Shown here in pieces: positions 30,894 to 38,532 of a DNA stretch of 64,000 nt (its first letter is position 1; each line of letters begins with the position of its first letter). Made by a program: the position numbers and the translations under genes. The DNA lies in IMG/VR virus record IMGVR_UViG_3300042691_015471, positions 3,498-67,497 of that record. The stretch is one strand, 5' to 3'. Below the pieces are notes generated by a model. It was not told where the DNA came from, searched no databases, and worked only from the letters and a program-made list of their open reading frames with translations. This DNA is from a virus.

Positions 30894-31248
30894 TATTGAT
30901 AAATCTGATTGAAGTAACGGACATAGGAAGGTCTATATCCTTGAAAGATAGTCCCCTGCTTTATCTACAGCTTACAGGATCAGAGCCGAACCATGCATCC
31001 CCATATCCAAGGGGTCGTGTAGCTATTACTAGCTTTCAAGTCTCCAGTTGTCACCTTCAAGACATTGCTGGAACATTCGTTACACGACTATCATCTCCTG
31101 CCTGGCGAAACCAACTCATTCTCCCCACTAACCTACAGCACCTGAGTTGTCAAACTCCTAGCAGTTAAGCATGAACAACAGTAAACTTTCATTTAGGACA
31201 TCGCTGGATAACCTCTGGGATGAAACCGTTTTAAAACCAGACGAGGAT

Positions 31249-31311
31249 AAAAAACCCCCGATCTATCAGACCGAGGGCATTAAAAAACCCCCAAGGCGCA
31301 ATCAAGGGGGT
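31249..31311 (-). terminator. Two tandem intrinsic terminators
   Basis: Minus strand: ACCCCC..GGGGGT-TTTTT (31282-31311) and CCCTCGGTC-TGATA-GATCGGGGG-TTTTTT (31249-31277). Confidence 0.75.
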
Positions 31312-31422
31312 CTACGTTGGGCTGACCAACATCAAACCCGACTTCGTATTGCGCACGTAGTCGAATAGATGGTGCAAAGGTCAACACTGCACTTGGAATA
31401 GTGCTGAAAAACAGGGGGTGGT

Positions 31423-32727
31423 TTATTCGCCCAGGAAGTCTTTGTAGTAGTTCTTGACCTCGCTGTTGAAATGCTTCTCCACAAAGGCTACATAGCGCTC
31501 AAAGGACATGCTCCTGTCGCTGTGGCCGGAGCAGAACTTGATGTGCCTTTCGGAAACCTTGTGGAAGATCATGGTCGTGATGGCGGTCTTCCTCAGCATG
31601 TGCGGGTGGATGTGCTTGTACATCTCCGCTACTTCTGTGGTCTCTTCACCATATACCCCGAACTTCTTTACCGTGGCGATCTGCTGCATTTCAGGATAAA
31701 GGGAAAATACTGTCTTGATATCCCTGTACAGATTGGAATAGTAGGCATTCTTCTGTGTGAAGATCCTACCATACCTGGTCAGGTTCTCTCGATATATTTT
31801 CTCCAAAAACTTGGGAATGGGCACGTTTGTGTACTCCCTGGTCTTGCCATTCATCTTAGACAGGAACATGGCATCCTTGGTGATGTGCAGGTCATTTACA
31901 GACATGTTCATTGCGTCTTTGATCCTCATGGTGGTGATCAGGATGGTGGCTGATATCTCCCAAGCATACCTCATGCTATCGTCCAGGCTATTGTAGGTCT
32001 TTTCCTCGGTTAGGAAATGCTTGACAAAAGTTGGTTCTAGAACAACCACCGGATTGGGGTCAGCCTTGTAGCTGATGATCTTAGGGAGCTGCAGGTACAG
32101 GTGGTCCTTCCAGTAGTTCACCATGATGGCGATATTGTGCAGGTAGACGGTTCGGGTGCTCATGAACATCCCCTCGTCAATCATGTAGTCATCAAATCCC
32201 CTAAAGTAGTTATTCCACTTGTCGGTGATCTCCCGCTTCCTAGATGCCTCGTCCCGGGGATTGATTGCCATTTCCATAAGATCTAGGCTCCCGGCTATCT
32301 CACTGAATGTAGCAAGCCTTTTTAAAGCAGATGCGTAAAGCATCAAGGTTTTTTCAGAGTAACCCCTGTTCCCCTTCGCTTTAATTTCCCCTCGAACGGC
32401 CATCTGAACATACCTCTTCAGCATATCCACTAAATCATAGGAATCAGTGTTGACTGGTTCTTCCTCCCGGTACTCTGGGGCATATAGCTCCTTGATCTTG
32501 GCAGTGTTCCCTCGGTATACCATGTAGAGGTCGGTGAGCTTAACTTTTTGGCGGTCTATCTCATTGTTGAGACTATCCACAAGCGGGTCTTTACCTACAA
32601 ACCTACCTTTATGAAACTTGAGGTAACCTGGGACCTTAATGCCTGTAGATAGTCTCAATGAGACATCTGTTCCATGAGTAATCCTGGCTTGGATTTTGCT
32701 GCCTCTCTGGCTGAAAGAAACTGTCAT
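31423..32727 (-). CDS. int: Tyrosine recombinase/integrase
   Basis: Catalytic set TMRIKD, GKT, HMLRKT, SGH, ERYV; N-terminal arm-binding-like RLSTGIKV. Start placed at ATG 32727 behind an AC-rich leader. Confidence 0.88.
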   Translation of the reverse strand: MTVSFSQRGSKIQARITHGTDVSLRLSTGIKVPGYLKFHKGRFVGKDPLVDSLNNEIDRQKVKLTDLYMVYRGNTAKIKELYAPEYREEEPVNTDSYDLVDMLKRYVQMAVRGEIKAKGNRGYSEKTLMLYASALKRLATFSEIAGSLDLMEMAINPRDEASRKREITDKWNNYFRGFDDYMIDEGMFMSTRTVYLHNIAIMVNYWKDHLYLQLPKIISYKADPNPVVVLEPTFVKHFLTEEKTYNSLDDSMRYAWEISATILITTMRIKDAMNMSVNDLHITKDAMFLSKMNGKTREYTNVPIPKFLEKIYRENLTRYGRIFTQKNAYYSNLYRDIKTVFSLYPEMQQIATVKKFGVYGEETTEVAEMYKHIHPHMLRKTAITTMIFHKVSERHIKFCSGHSDRSMSFERYVAFVEKHFNSEVKNYYKDFLGE

Positions 32728-32759
32728 ATGTGTTGATTTAAGTATGGTGAACAATAGTT

Positions 32760-33075
32760 AACTCTCTATAATATTGTCACAAATCTAGGAATAATTTATC
32801 ATTGTGACAGTGCAAATGATGCGTTCGTAATCAATTCTTTATGAAAATAAATTGAAGACTTAACATTGATTTGACACACCTTTTTTGTCATTTTTACTCG
32901 TAAAACAATGATTGACAAATGATTGCATCATGAAGGGTTAAAATTAATTCCTCCATGTCTATGGGGGAATTTTAATTTACACCATTGTAAAACACTCATT
33001 ATCAATGAGTAGCAAATATACGAAAAAAAGCTATCCGAAAAGTTTTTAACAATTTGTCACACCTTGTCACACTTT
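32760..33075. other. Probable attP/integrase control region
   Basis: AT-rich; TGTCACA repeats at 32775, 32803 (inverted), 33055 and 33065; inverted repeats at ~32942-32978 and 32995-33010; minus-strand TATATTTG at 33013-33020. Confidence 0.5.
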
Positions 33076-33076
33076 T

Positions 33077-33451
33077 TTACACAGCCAAACAAGCCCGTAA
33101 TTTGCTAACAACGTCTTCAACATCAATGATGGAATCTTCTGCCCTGGAGGTGAACTTGCTTAGCTCGTCATAGGTCTCAGCATACTCTTCTTCGTTTAGG
33201 TACCTGTCACTGTGCTTCTGCAGATGGTAGATCACCGTTGAATGGTGAAAGCCTACCAAGCTGCCAATCAGCGTGGTGGTGTATCCATAGTACCTAGACA
33301 TGATGTTGCAAATGCAGGCCTTGACTAGGACAATCTCAAACCTTCTGCTTCTAGCAAAAGTGATGTCTAAATCTGTCAGCTGTTTAGCCTTCTCCACTAA
33401 TTTCTGATATTCTTTTTCTGCTTTCATTGAGTTGGATTTTGATTCTTTCAT
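33077..33451 (-). CDS. DnaA C-terminal-like HTH protein
   Basis: SRRFEIV...TTTLIG...HHSTVIY resembles DnaA domain IV. Confidence 0.75.
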   Translation of the reverse strand: MKESKSNSMKAEKEYQKLVEKAKQLTDLDITFARSRRFEIVLVKACICNIMSRYYGYTTTLIGSLVGFHHSTVIYHLQKHSDRYLNEEEYAETYDELSKFTSRAEDSIIDVEDVVSKLRACLAV

Positions 33452-33611
33452 AAGATCTCAGTAGGTCGACCACATGGTCGCACATTTCTTCGTTAATTGT
33501 TTTCAGAGACTGTACTACTCTTACGGCTTCTGGGCCTGGTGAGGTTTCTATCTTGATCAATCCATCGTTGATCACCCGGAAAACGTGCCGTACTTCTGAT
33601 GCTTTGCTCAT
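33384..33611 (-). CDS. Hypothetical coiled-coil protein
   Basis: Operon-packed ORF. Confidence 0.45.
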   Translation of the reverse strand: MSKASEVRHVFRVINDGLIKIETSPGPEAVRVVQSLKTINEEMCDHVVDLLRSYERIKIQLNESRKRISEISGEG

Positions 33612-33877
33612 ACTGGTTTAATATTTCTTTAGGGTAATTTAATTCTCTGCGGATGTGCAGCATCCACTCGTTGAAGGATAATTGCTCCATGTTACTCGAT
33701 TTTGGTTTCAAAAGGTTCCAGCTCGGGGATAAGGTATTTCACCCAGTTCCCTTGTGCAACCATGTTTTCTGCTATACGTCTGGCATCCTCAATGGGCGCT
33801 TTAATGCATGGGCAGTTTGCCCGTACAATGGCCGGATCAAGGCTTACATCGTTGTAGTAGACTGTTACGTACATAAG

Positions 33878-34591
33878 CTAGAATCTTAGGTTTATCTTTT
33901 CCCTGCGCCTGTAGTTGAAGATGTCCTCCAGGAGCTCACGGTACTTTTCTGTGCTGATGCAGTCAACAAGGGCTGTAGGCTGTAGTTTGATCTTTGCCAT
34001 CAGTTCGTCCATGCTGAAGCCTTTCTTGTCGATTACAGAGATGATGGCGTACACAAATGAGCGCCTGCGGTAGCCGGTGTAATAGGCTTTGATCTGCATG
34101 AGGTAGTTTGCGATCCTTTCGGCTTTTCTGAGGTTGACAATTTTGAACTTGCCGTTGTTGAACTCTTCGTATCCCCTGCTCTTGTCATTGTTGCTCAGGA
34201 GGATCAGGTTCACTTGGTGATCAAAGCCATACTTTTCTTGGAAAGCTTTGTAGGCGATGTAATCTGTGTAGCCGTTTTTAACGTAGCTGTCCAGGTAGTC
34301 TTTCGGTCCCCAGTTCTTGCTGTAGGCGTTCATTACCTGCACCTCCCGGATGCCATACCCTTCCACTGTGATGTACCGAACCGGAAGGTTGAGCTGTTTG
34401 CATGCTTCGAGTCTGTGCTGGCCATCAATCACCTCAAGCTTTTCATTGACGATGATGGGATTGAACAGGTAGACCTCCTGCATGGACTCCTTGAGCTTGC
34501 CCAGGTGGGTTTGGTTCAGATCTCTGTTGTCATCAAGGCTGCGGAACTGGTTGTAGTTCCTGGTCGTTAGAACTTTTGTCATGGTGGACAT
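33878..34591 (-). CDS. ParB/Srx-like N-terminal domain protein
   Basis: NR.LN..H, PIIVNE...IDGQHRLEAC. Confidence 0.85.
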   Translation of the reverse strand: MSTMTKVLTTRNYNQFRSLDDNRDLNQTHLGKLKESMQEVYLFNPIIVNEKLEVIDGQHRLEACKQLNLPVRYITVEGYGIREVQVMNAYSKNWGPKDYLDSYVKNGYTDYIAYKAFQEKYGFDHQVNLILLSNNDKSRGYEEFNNGKFKIVNLRKAERIANYLMQIKAYYTGYRRRSFVYAIISVIDKKGFSMDELMAKIKLQPTALVDCISTEKYRELLEDIFNYRRREKINLRF

Positions 34592-34814
34592 GTTCGGATA
34601 CCCCGTCCCCGGCTTTGGTTTCAAAATAAAGGCTGCGTACATGAGCGCCCAGATCCATATCGTTGGGCGTATTGTAGATGAGATCTACTGGCACTGCGAT
34701 AAAGTCCATTGTATGGCACGAATACGTGCGTTTTTGAGAGTTATAAGACACAATAAAAAAGCCCCCACCATAAAAATGGCGAGGGGATAAACCTGCCTGC
34801 GAAAGCTGGGTTAG

Positions 34815-34943
34815 TAGTCAGGACAGGATTCGAACCTGCAAGAGAGTCTGATTGGTGAGCATGCGATACCTTTACTCCTCTCTAAGTGGACGCCCTCAGT
34901 ATTTGGGTTTTCCTTTAGCGTTTACCAATTTCGCCACCTGACT
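34815..34943 (-). tRNA. tRNA-like RNA (pseudo-tRNA) with an expanded, non-canonical anticodon/variable region
   Basis: Acceptor AGTCAGG/CCTGACT, D-arm TGGCGAAATTGGTAAACGC, T-arm GCAGG-TTCGAAT-CCTGT; ~75 nt between the arms with no 7-nt anticodon loop. Confidence 0.75.
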
Positions 34944-34988
34944 AAAAAACCCCAAGCCTAGAAAAGCTCGGGGATAAAAAAACACACA

Positions 34989-35213
34989 CTAAAACAATTT
35001 CTTCACGGCCTCTTTTCTCCAATCTTCATTGATGTGTGGCTCAATGTCTTCCCATAGGAAAGTCTTGAGGAGGGACCTAATTTTTTGCTCCTGCCTATAT
35101 CCTTCGTCCCACTTACGCTGCTCGTCAATCATGGACCAGTAGTAGTCGTGGTTGTGGATCAGGTTGATCAGTTCATTCATTTCATTCATGGCGCTTAGTT
35201 TTCGTATGCCCAT
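34989..35213 (-). CDS. Hypothetical early protein
   Basis: HDYYWSMIDE...W..G pattern; start probably ~35189. Confidence 0.55.
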   Translation of the reverse strand: MGIRKLSAMNEMNELINLIHNHDYYWSMIDEQRKWDEGYRQEQKIRSLLKTFLWEDIEPHINEDWRKEAVKKLF

Positions 35214-35389
35214 TTTTTAACGATGAGCTCTTCGGTTGAATAATCGATGTAGACTACCTTGTCCCCAATGTGGATGTACATAGCATGCGGGCTGCGGATG
35301 CTGATGTGGGTATCCCAATTTTCCGGATCAATGTTGATGTCTACAAACCCGTTTTTCTGTTCTGTCACGTTGATGTCAATTGATTTCAT
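35195..35389 (-). CDS. Hypothetical early protein (64 aa)
   Basis: ATG 35389 preceded by AAAACCACACACC. Confidence 0.6.
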   Translation of the reverse strand: MKSIDINVTEQKNGFVDINIDPENWDTHISIRSPHAMYIHIGDKVVYIDYSTEELIVKKWAYEN

Positions 35390-35405
35390 GGTGTGTGGTT
35401 TTGAT

Positions 35406-35454
35406 TGGGAGCTGGCCCTGGTAGCGAACCAGGTGCGGTCATTCCTGCCAGCTC
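35406..35454 (-). ncRNA. tRNA-like acceptor/T-arm minihelix, copy A
   Basis: GAGCTGGC..CCTGG-TTCGCTA-CCAGG-GCCAGCTC-CCA. Confidence 0.7.
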
Positions 35455-35460
35455 GGGGGG

Positions 35461-36171
35461 TTATACAAGGGAGTGACGTATCTCTTCTAGGGTAGTACCC
35501 ATCTCTTCTGCCAACCACTCTGTGAAGGCTTCAAGCTTAGACTCCCGGATGATAACATCTGAGGAGGTAGAGAAGACATTGGAGGTTAGGCCGAAAGAAA
35601 AGATCAGTTCAAAGGGGCATTCAACTTCGCCATCGGCAATGGAGTCGACAAAGTCGTTGAACTTGTGCTTCCAGGTTACATCTGACCAACGGCCTGTGGA
35701 CCATCCGCTTGCCAAGGTGGTGTATCCATCTTCAACAACGGTATCCCAATATCCTCTCCAGCCATCTGTGCGCACGTAGTTGAAACCTTCAACGCCATTG
35801 GGTGAAGCCTCTTCCCACCATTCAGTATCCCTGAAGCCGAACTCCTGGCACCAGATGTACTTTTTGTTTTCGCCATTCTGGCAAACGATCACCGTGTTGG
35901 CATATTTCCAGGCTTCGCTCTCGCAGCTCTCGCAGTACACCTCGCCACTCTTGGTGAAGTAGACAGGATCACGGTCTTCATTGATCTCTTTTTTACAGCA
36001 GGAGCACAGCGTGTAAAAGTCTGTGATGATGCCGTCCAGGCCATACTCAAACGTGTAGCCATGCTCTTCAACTTGTTTCTTGAGCTCTTCGAGCTTGTCG
36101 TATCCTGTTTCATCTCCGAAATTTTCAATCAGGATCTGTACTTCGCTAGGCAGGTTTTCAAAATTGTTCAT
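35461..36171 (-). CDS. Acidic early protein with CxxC/CxxC zinc ribbon
   Basis: CSCC...YCESC; very Glu/Asp-rich. Confidence 0.65.
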   Translation of the reverse strand: MNNFENLPSEVQILIENFGDETGYDKLEELKKQVEEHGYTFEYGLDGIITDFYTLCSCCKKEINEDRDPVYFTKSGEVYCESCESEAWKYANTVIVCQNGENKKYIWCQEFGFRDTEWWEEASPNGVEGFNYVRTDGWRGYWDTVVEDGYTTLASGWSTGRWSDVTWKHKFNDFVDSIADGEVECPFELIFSFGLTSNVFSTSSDVIIRESKLEAFTEWLAEEMGTTLEEIRHSLV

Positions 36172-36184
36172 GTTAGTGTGTGTT

Positions 36185-36235
36185 TGGTGAGAACCTGTTG
36201 CGGGAATCGAACCCGCATGATGACCATCACAGGTT
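36185..36235 (-). ncRNA. tRNA-like acceptor/T-arm minihelix, copy B
   Basis: AACCTGT..TGCGGG-TTCGATT-CCCGCA-ACAGGTT-CTCACCA. Confidence 0.72.
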
Positions 36236-36240
36236 GGTGG

Positions 36241-36519
36241 CTACTGGCAGCAAAGCTCCCAGGGCTGGAGGCCTTCAAGGCTTGACTCGTCCAGGCCCAT
36301 GGACTGCAGGATGAAGGCTGCAAGCTTCCTGCGTACCGGTGTACTGCTGAGGTCATTGGATCCGATGGCATCGGCTACATCTGAGCCTCTCATGCCTAGC
36401 GTCCTAGCGCAGAACTTAGAGTCTTGGCCTAGGTGGAAGGATCCATACTTGGTTACCAGGGTCCAATCGTGGCCGTAGTAGGTTTCTGAGGTCTCAATGA
36501 TGGGTTTTGAAATTTTCAT
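36241..36519 (-). CDS. Hypothetical early protein
   Basis: 92 aa, AC-rich leader. Confidence 0.6.
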   Translation of the reverse strand: MKISKPIIETSETYYGHDWTLVTKYGSFHLGQDSKFCARTLGMRGSDVADAIGSNDLSSTPVRRKLAAFILQSMGLDESSLEGLQPWELCCQ

Positions 36520-36530
36520 GGTGTGTTGTT

Positions 36531-36586
36531 TGGTGAGGACTGCCTCCGGGAGCGAGCCGGAATCACTTCCAAAAGTGGGGCAGTTC
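36531..36586 (-). ncRNA. tRNA-like acceptor/T-arm minihelix, copy C
   Basis: GAACTGCC..TCCGG-CTCGCTC-CCGGA-GGCAGTCC-TCACCA (one mismatch in the outer stem). Confidence 0.65.
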
Positions 36587-36611
36587 GGGGGTTAAACTCT
36601 ATAGTAGAGAG

Positions 36612-36769
36612 CTACTGACAAAAAGGATCCTGTAGAGCGCCAATAATAGCAGCACCAAGAACAAGAGCAATTGCAAGGCGTATAATCTGTTTCATTGTTT
36701 CCGTTTTAGACTAGCGTAAAAAATAATGTTTGCGAATAGAAAGCCAAAGAGGGTGGTGAAGAGGATCAT
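36612..36769 (-). CDS. Two tiny hydrophobic ORFs (36692-36769, 25 aa; 36612-36695, 27 aa)
   Basis: MILFTTLFGFLFANIIFYASLKRKQ and MKQIIRLAIALVLGAAIIGALQDPFCQ, chained by ATGA overlaps. Confidence 0.5.
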
Positions 36770-36993
36770 GGCTCATATTTTTCAAAGTGATCATTAAGCT
36801 TGTCAACCTCTACAGGGCACTTGCCATTGAGAACCTCGTTTAGGGTTACAGCCGCAAAAAGATTAAGCTGATAGACAACGTGGCTTCTTTTTAGCTCACT
36901 TGTGAGAGCTTCAACAGTGATGGGGTAATGCTTGGCGTAATTGTCCATGGCCATGATGGCCTGAGGCTTGAGCCTCTGATACAAATTTTTCAT
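36766..36993 (-). CDS. Hypothetical early protein
   Basis: MKNLYQRLKP...; AC-rich leader. Confidence 0.6.
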   Translation of the reverse strand: MKNLYQRLKPQAIMAMDNYAKHYPITVEALTSELKRSHVVYQLNLFAAVTLNEVLNGKCPVEVDKLNDHFEKYEP

Positions 36994-37005
36994 ATGTGTG
37001 TGATT

Positions 37006-37058
37006 TGATGAGGAACTGGAGGCAGTATCGCTCTGCCTTCGCTCATTGCTTCCAGTTC
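37006..37058 (-). ncRNA. tRNA-like acceptor/T-arm minihelix, copy D
   Basis: GAACTGGA..GGCAG-AGCGATA-CTGCC-TCCAGTTC-CTCATCA. Confidence 0.65.
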
Positions 37059-37065
37059 GGGGGGA

Positions 37066-37383
37066 TTATCTGAGATTAACCTCAGCCGTCATACGTGCAA
37101 CCTCTTCAGGTGACTCATCACCATAGGGTAAGTAGCAGTCATATGCTAGAACATCGTAGAAGACCTTGAGGGCAACAACATAGTTTCTAGGCGAAATAGT
37201 TTTGTAGAAGCTCAGCACCCTTGTAGATAATTCGTTGTAGTAGTAGCCATCAAACAGGCCGTACATTTGATTTATCATTTCTTTTGGGGCGTTATCTAGC
37301 ATCATCTCACTGATCAGGTAATTAACCCGGCTCAATGTCTCTGCTGTCATGTTTGCGTGGCGGTCAAATGTTCTGTAGTTCAT
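37066..37383 (-). CDS. Hypothetical early protein
   Basis: 105 aa, AC-rich leader, directly after the hammerhead. Confidence 0.65.
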   Translation of the reverse strand: MNYRTFDRHANMTAETLSRVNYLISEMMLDNAPKEMINQMYGLFDGYYYNELSTRVLSFYKTISPRNYVVALKVFYDVLAYDCYLPYGDESPEEVARMTAEVNLR

Positions 37384-37396
37384 GTTCGTGTGTTTT

Positions 37397-37448
37397 AGTG
37401 TTTCGTCCTTCCGGGACTCATCGGTACGGGGAAAAACCCGTAGACACT
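37397..37448 (-). ncRNA. Type III hammerhead ribozyme (U4C core variant)
   Basis: Minus strand AGTGTC^TACGGG-TTTTTC-CCCGTA-CCGATGA-GTCC-CGGAA-GGAC-GAAA-CACT; stems I, II and III all Watson-Crick paired; GUC cleavage triplet. Confidence 0.88.
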
Positions 37449-37864
37449 CACCTTGGCTGCCTTTAGCCTCAGGACTACACTCAACACAAACGATAGATCA
37501 GGATGTGGTGGTGAAGGCAGCTAGGTGTTGTGTTACTCATTAAGTGGCGGTTAGGACTCGCTCCTCATAAAGAGGCTTTGTGGGTTGCTTTCGCAGTGCC
37601 GTTATTGGGGCCATGTGGCCGAGCGTGACGTGGCTTCTCTCCGCTTAATTTTCACTACCGTATTTTCAAAGACCTGCAAAACCAATGACTAAAACAATGA
37701 TTTCGAGAGTAAAATTGAGTAGAAAATATTTTTCCGCAAAATGTGGATTAAAATATGACAGTAAAAAACGCTAGACAAATCCTCTACAAGTCAATAGAAT
37801 CAACAACGAAAACGTTTTCGTACTTTTTCGTAAAAATGTTTTTTGATAGTTAATGTGCAAAACT

Positions 37865-38070
37865 CTAAAATAGAGATTTAAGGTATTTATTCGCTATTGA
37901 ATCGTTTATGTAAAACATACGACACAGCGCAACAAGACCTGGATCTTCTTCACACTTGTAGTTGTTTACATGGTTGTTGAATTCAGCTTCATTTTTTGAT
38001 TCAATCTCAACGATTAATTCTTTTAAGTCTTTTACGATTTCTTGCTTAGATAATTCGAAGTAGCTATTCA
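37865..38070 (-). CDS. Hypothetical protein (AT-rich; start uncertain)
   Basis: MNSYFELSKQE... within ORF 37865-38098. Confidence 0.4.
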
Positions 38071-38241
38071 TTTGGTTAGATTTTTGGGACTTAGACACTT
38101 ACAGGCAGTAAATATGGCAAATACTAATTGAGCTGCATTGGTTAATACACGTTTATGGTTGGTGTTTTTCCCACTACTCAATTGATAGTGGTTTTTGTGT
38201 AGCCGTAAAAACACATCTGACATATTAATAATTTTATACAT

Positions 38242-38532
38242 ATGAAAACAGTGGTTTTTGAGGCTCAAGTCGTACATAAATTAGTCGGTAAAAAATGGGT
38301 TCATGAGATACTTGTAATGCTGCTGCCAGCATCTCGCAGATACAACAAATTAGCACAACTGATACCAGAGATTAAACCATCAGCACTATCAAACACACTG
38401 AAAAAAATGATAGCATCAGGCTTGGTCTATCAGGTTGGTTCGCTGTACCACCTGACTGATTATGGAAGAACAGTGGCTGAAATCGTATTTTGCTATATCA
38501 AAAGCGTTTATAAGCAGCTCGGGGGTCTATAA
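38242..38532 (+). CDS. Second HxlR-like winged-helix regulator
   Basis: LVGKKWV.EIL...RRYNKL...IPEIKPSALSNTLKKM...YHLTDYG. Confidence 0.75.
   Translation: MKTVVFEAQVVHKLVGKKWVHEILVMLLPASRRYNKLAQLIPEIKPSALSNTLKKMIASGLVYQVGSLYHLTDYGRTVAEIVFCYIKSVYKQLGGL

Noticed and set aside
30896-31368. Plus-strand ORFs 30896-31168 and 31171-31368
   Set aside because: No motifs, atypical composition, and they overlap terminators and paired elements better explained as RNA structure.
34815-34943. Functional tRNA-Leu or tmRNA
   Set aside because: No canonical anticodon loop; too short for tmRNA, and it lacks the G3-U70 pair and a tag ORF.
35195-35518. ORF-track N-terminal extension to 35518
   Set aside because: It overlaps the upstream gene and minihelix A; ATG 35389 has the shared AC-rich leader.
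35389-37070. Possible CRISPR or mini-CRISPR array, or integron attC cassettes
   Set aside because: Units are not identical direct repeats, the intervals are whole genes of variable length, there are no cas genes, and GTTRRRY attC ends are absent.
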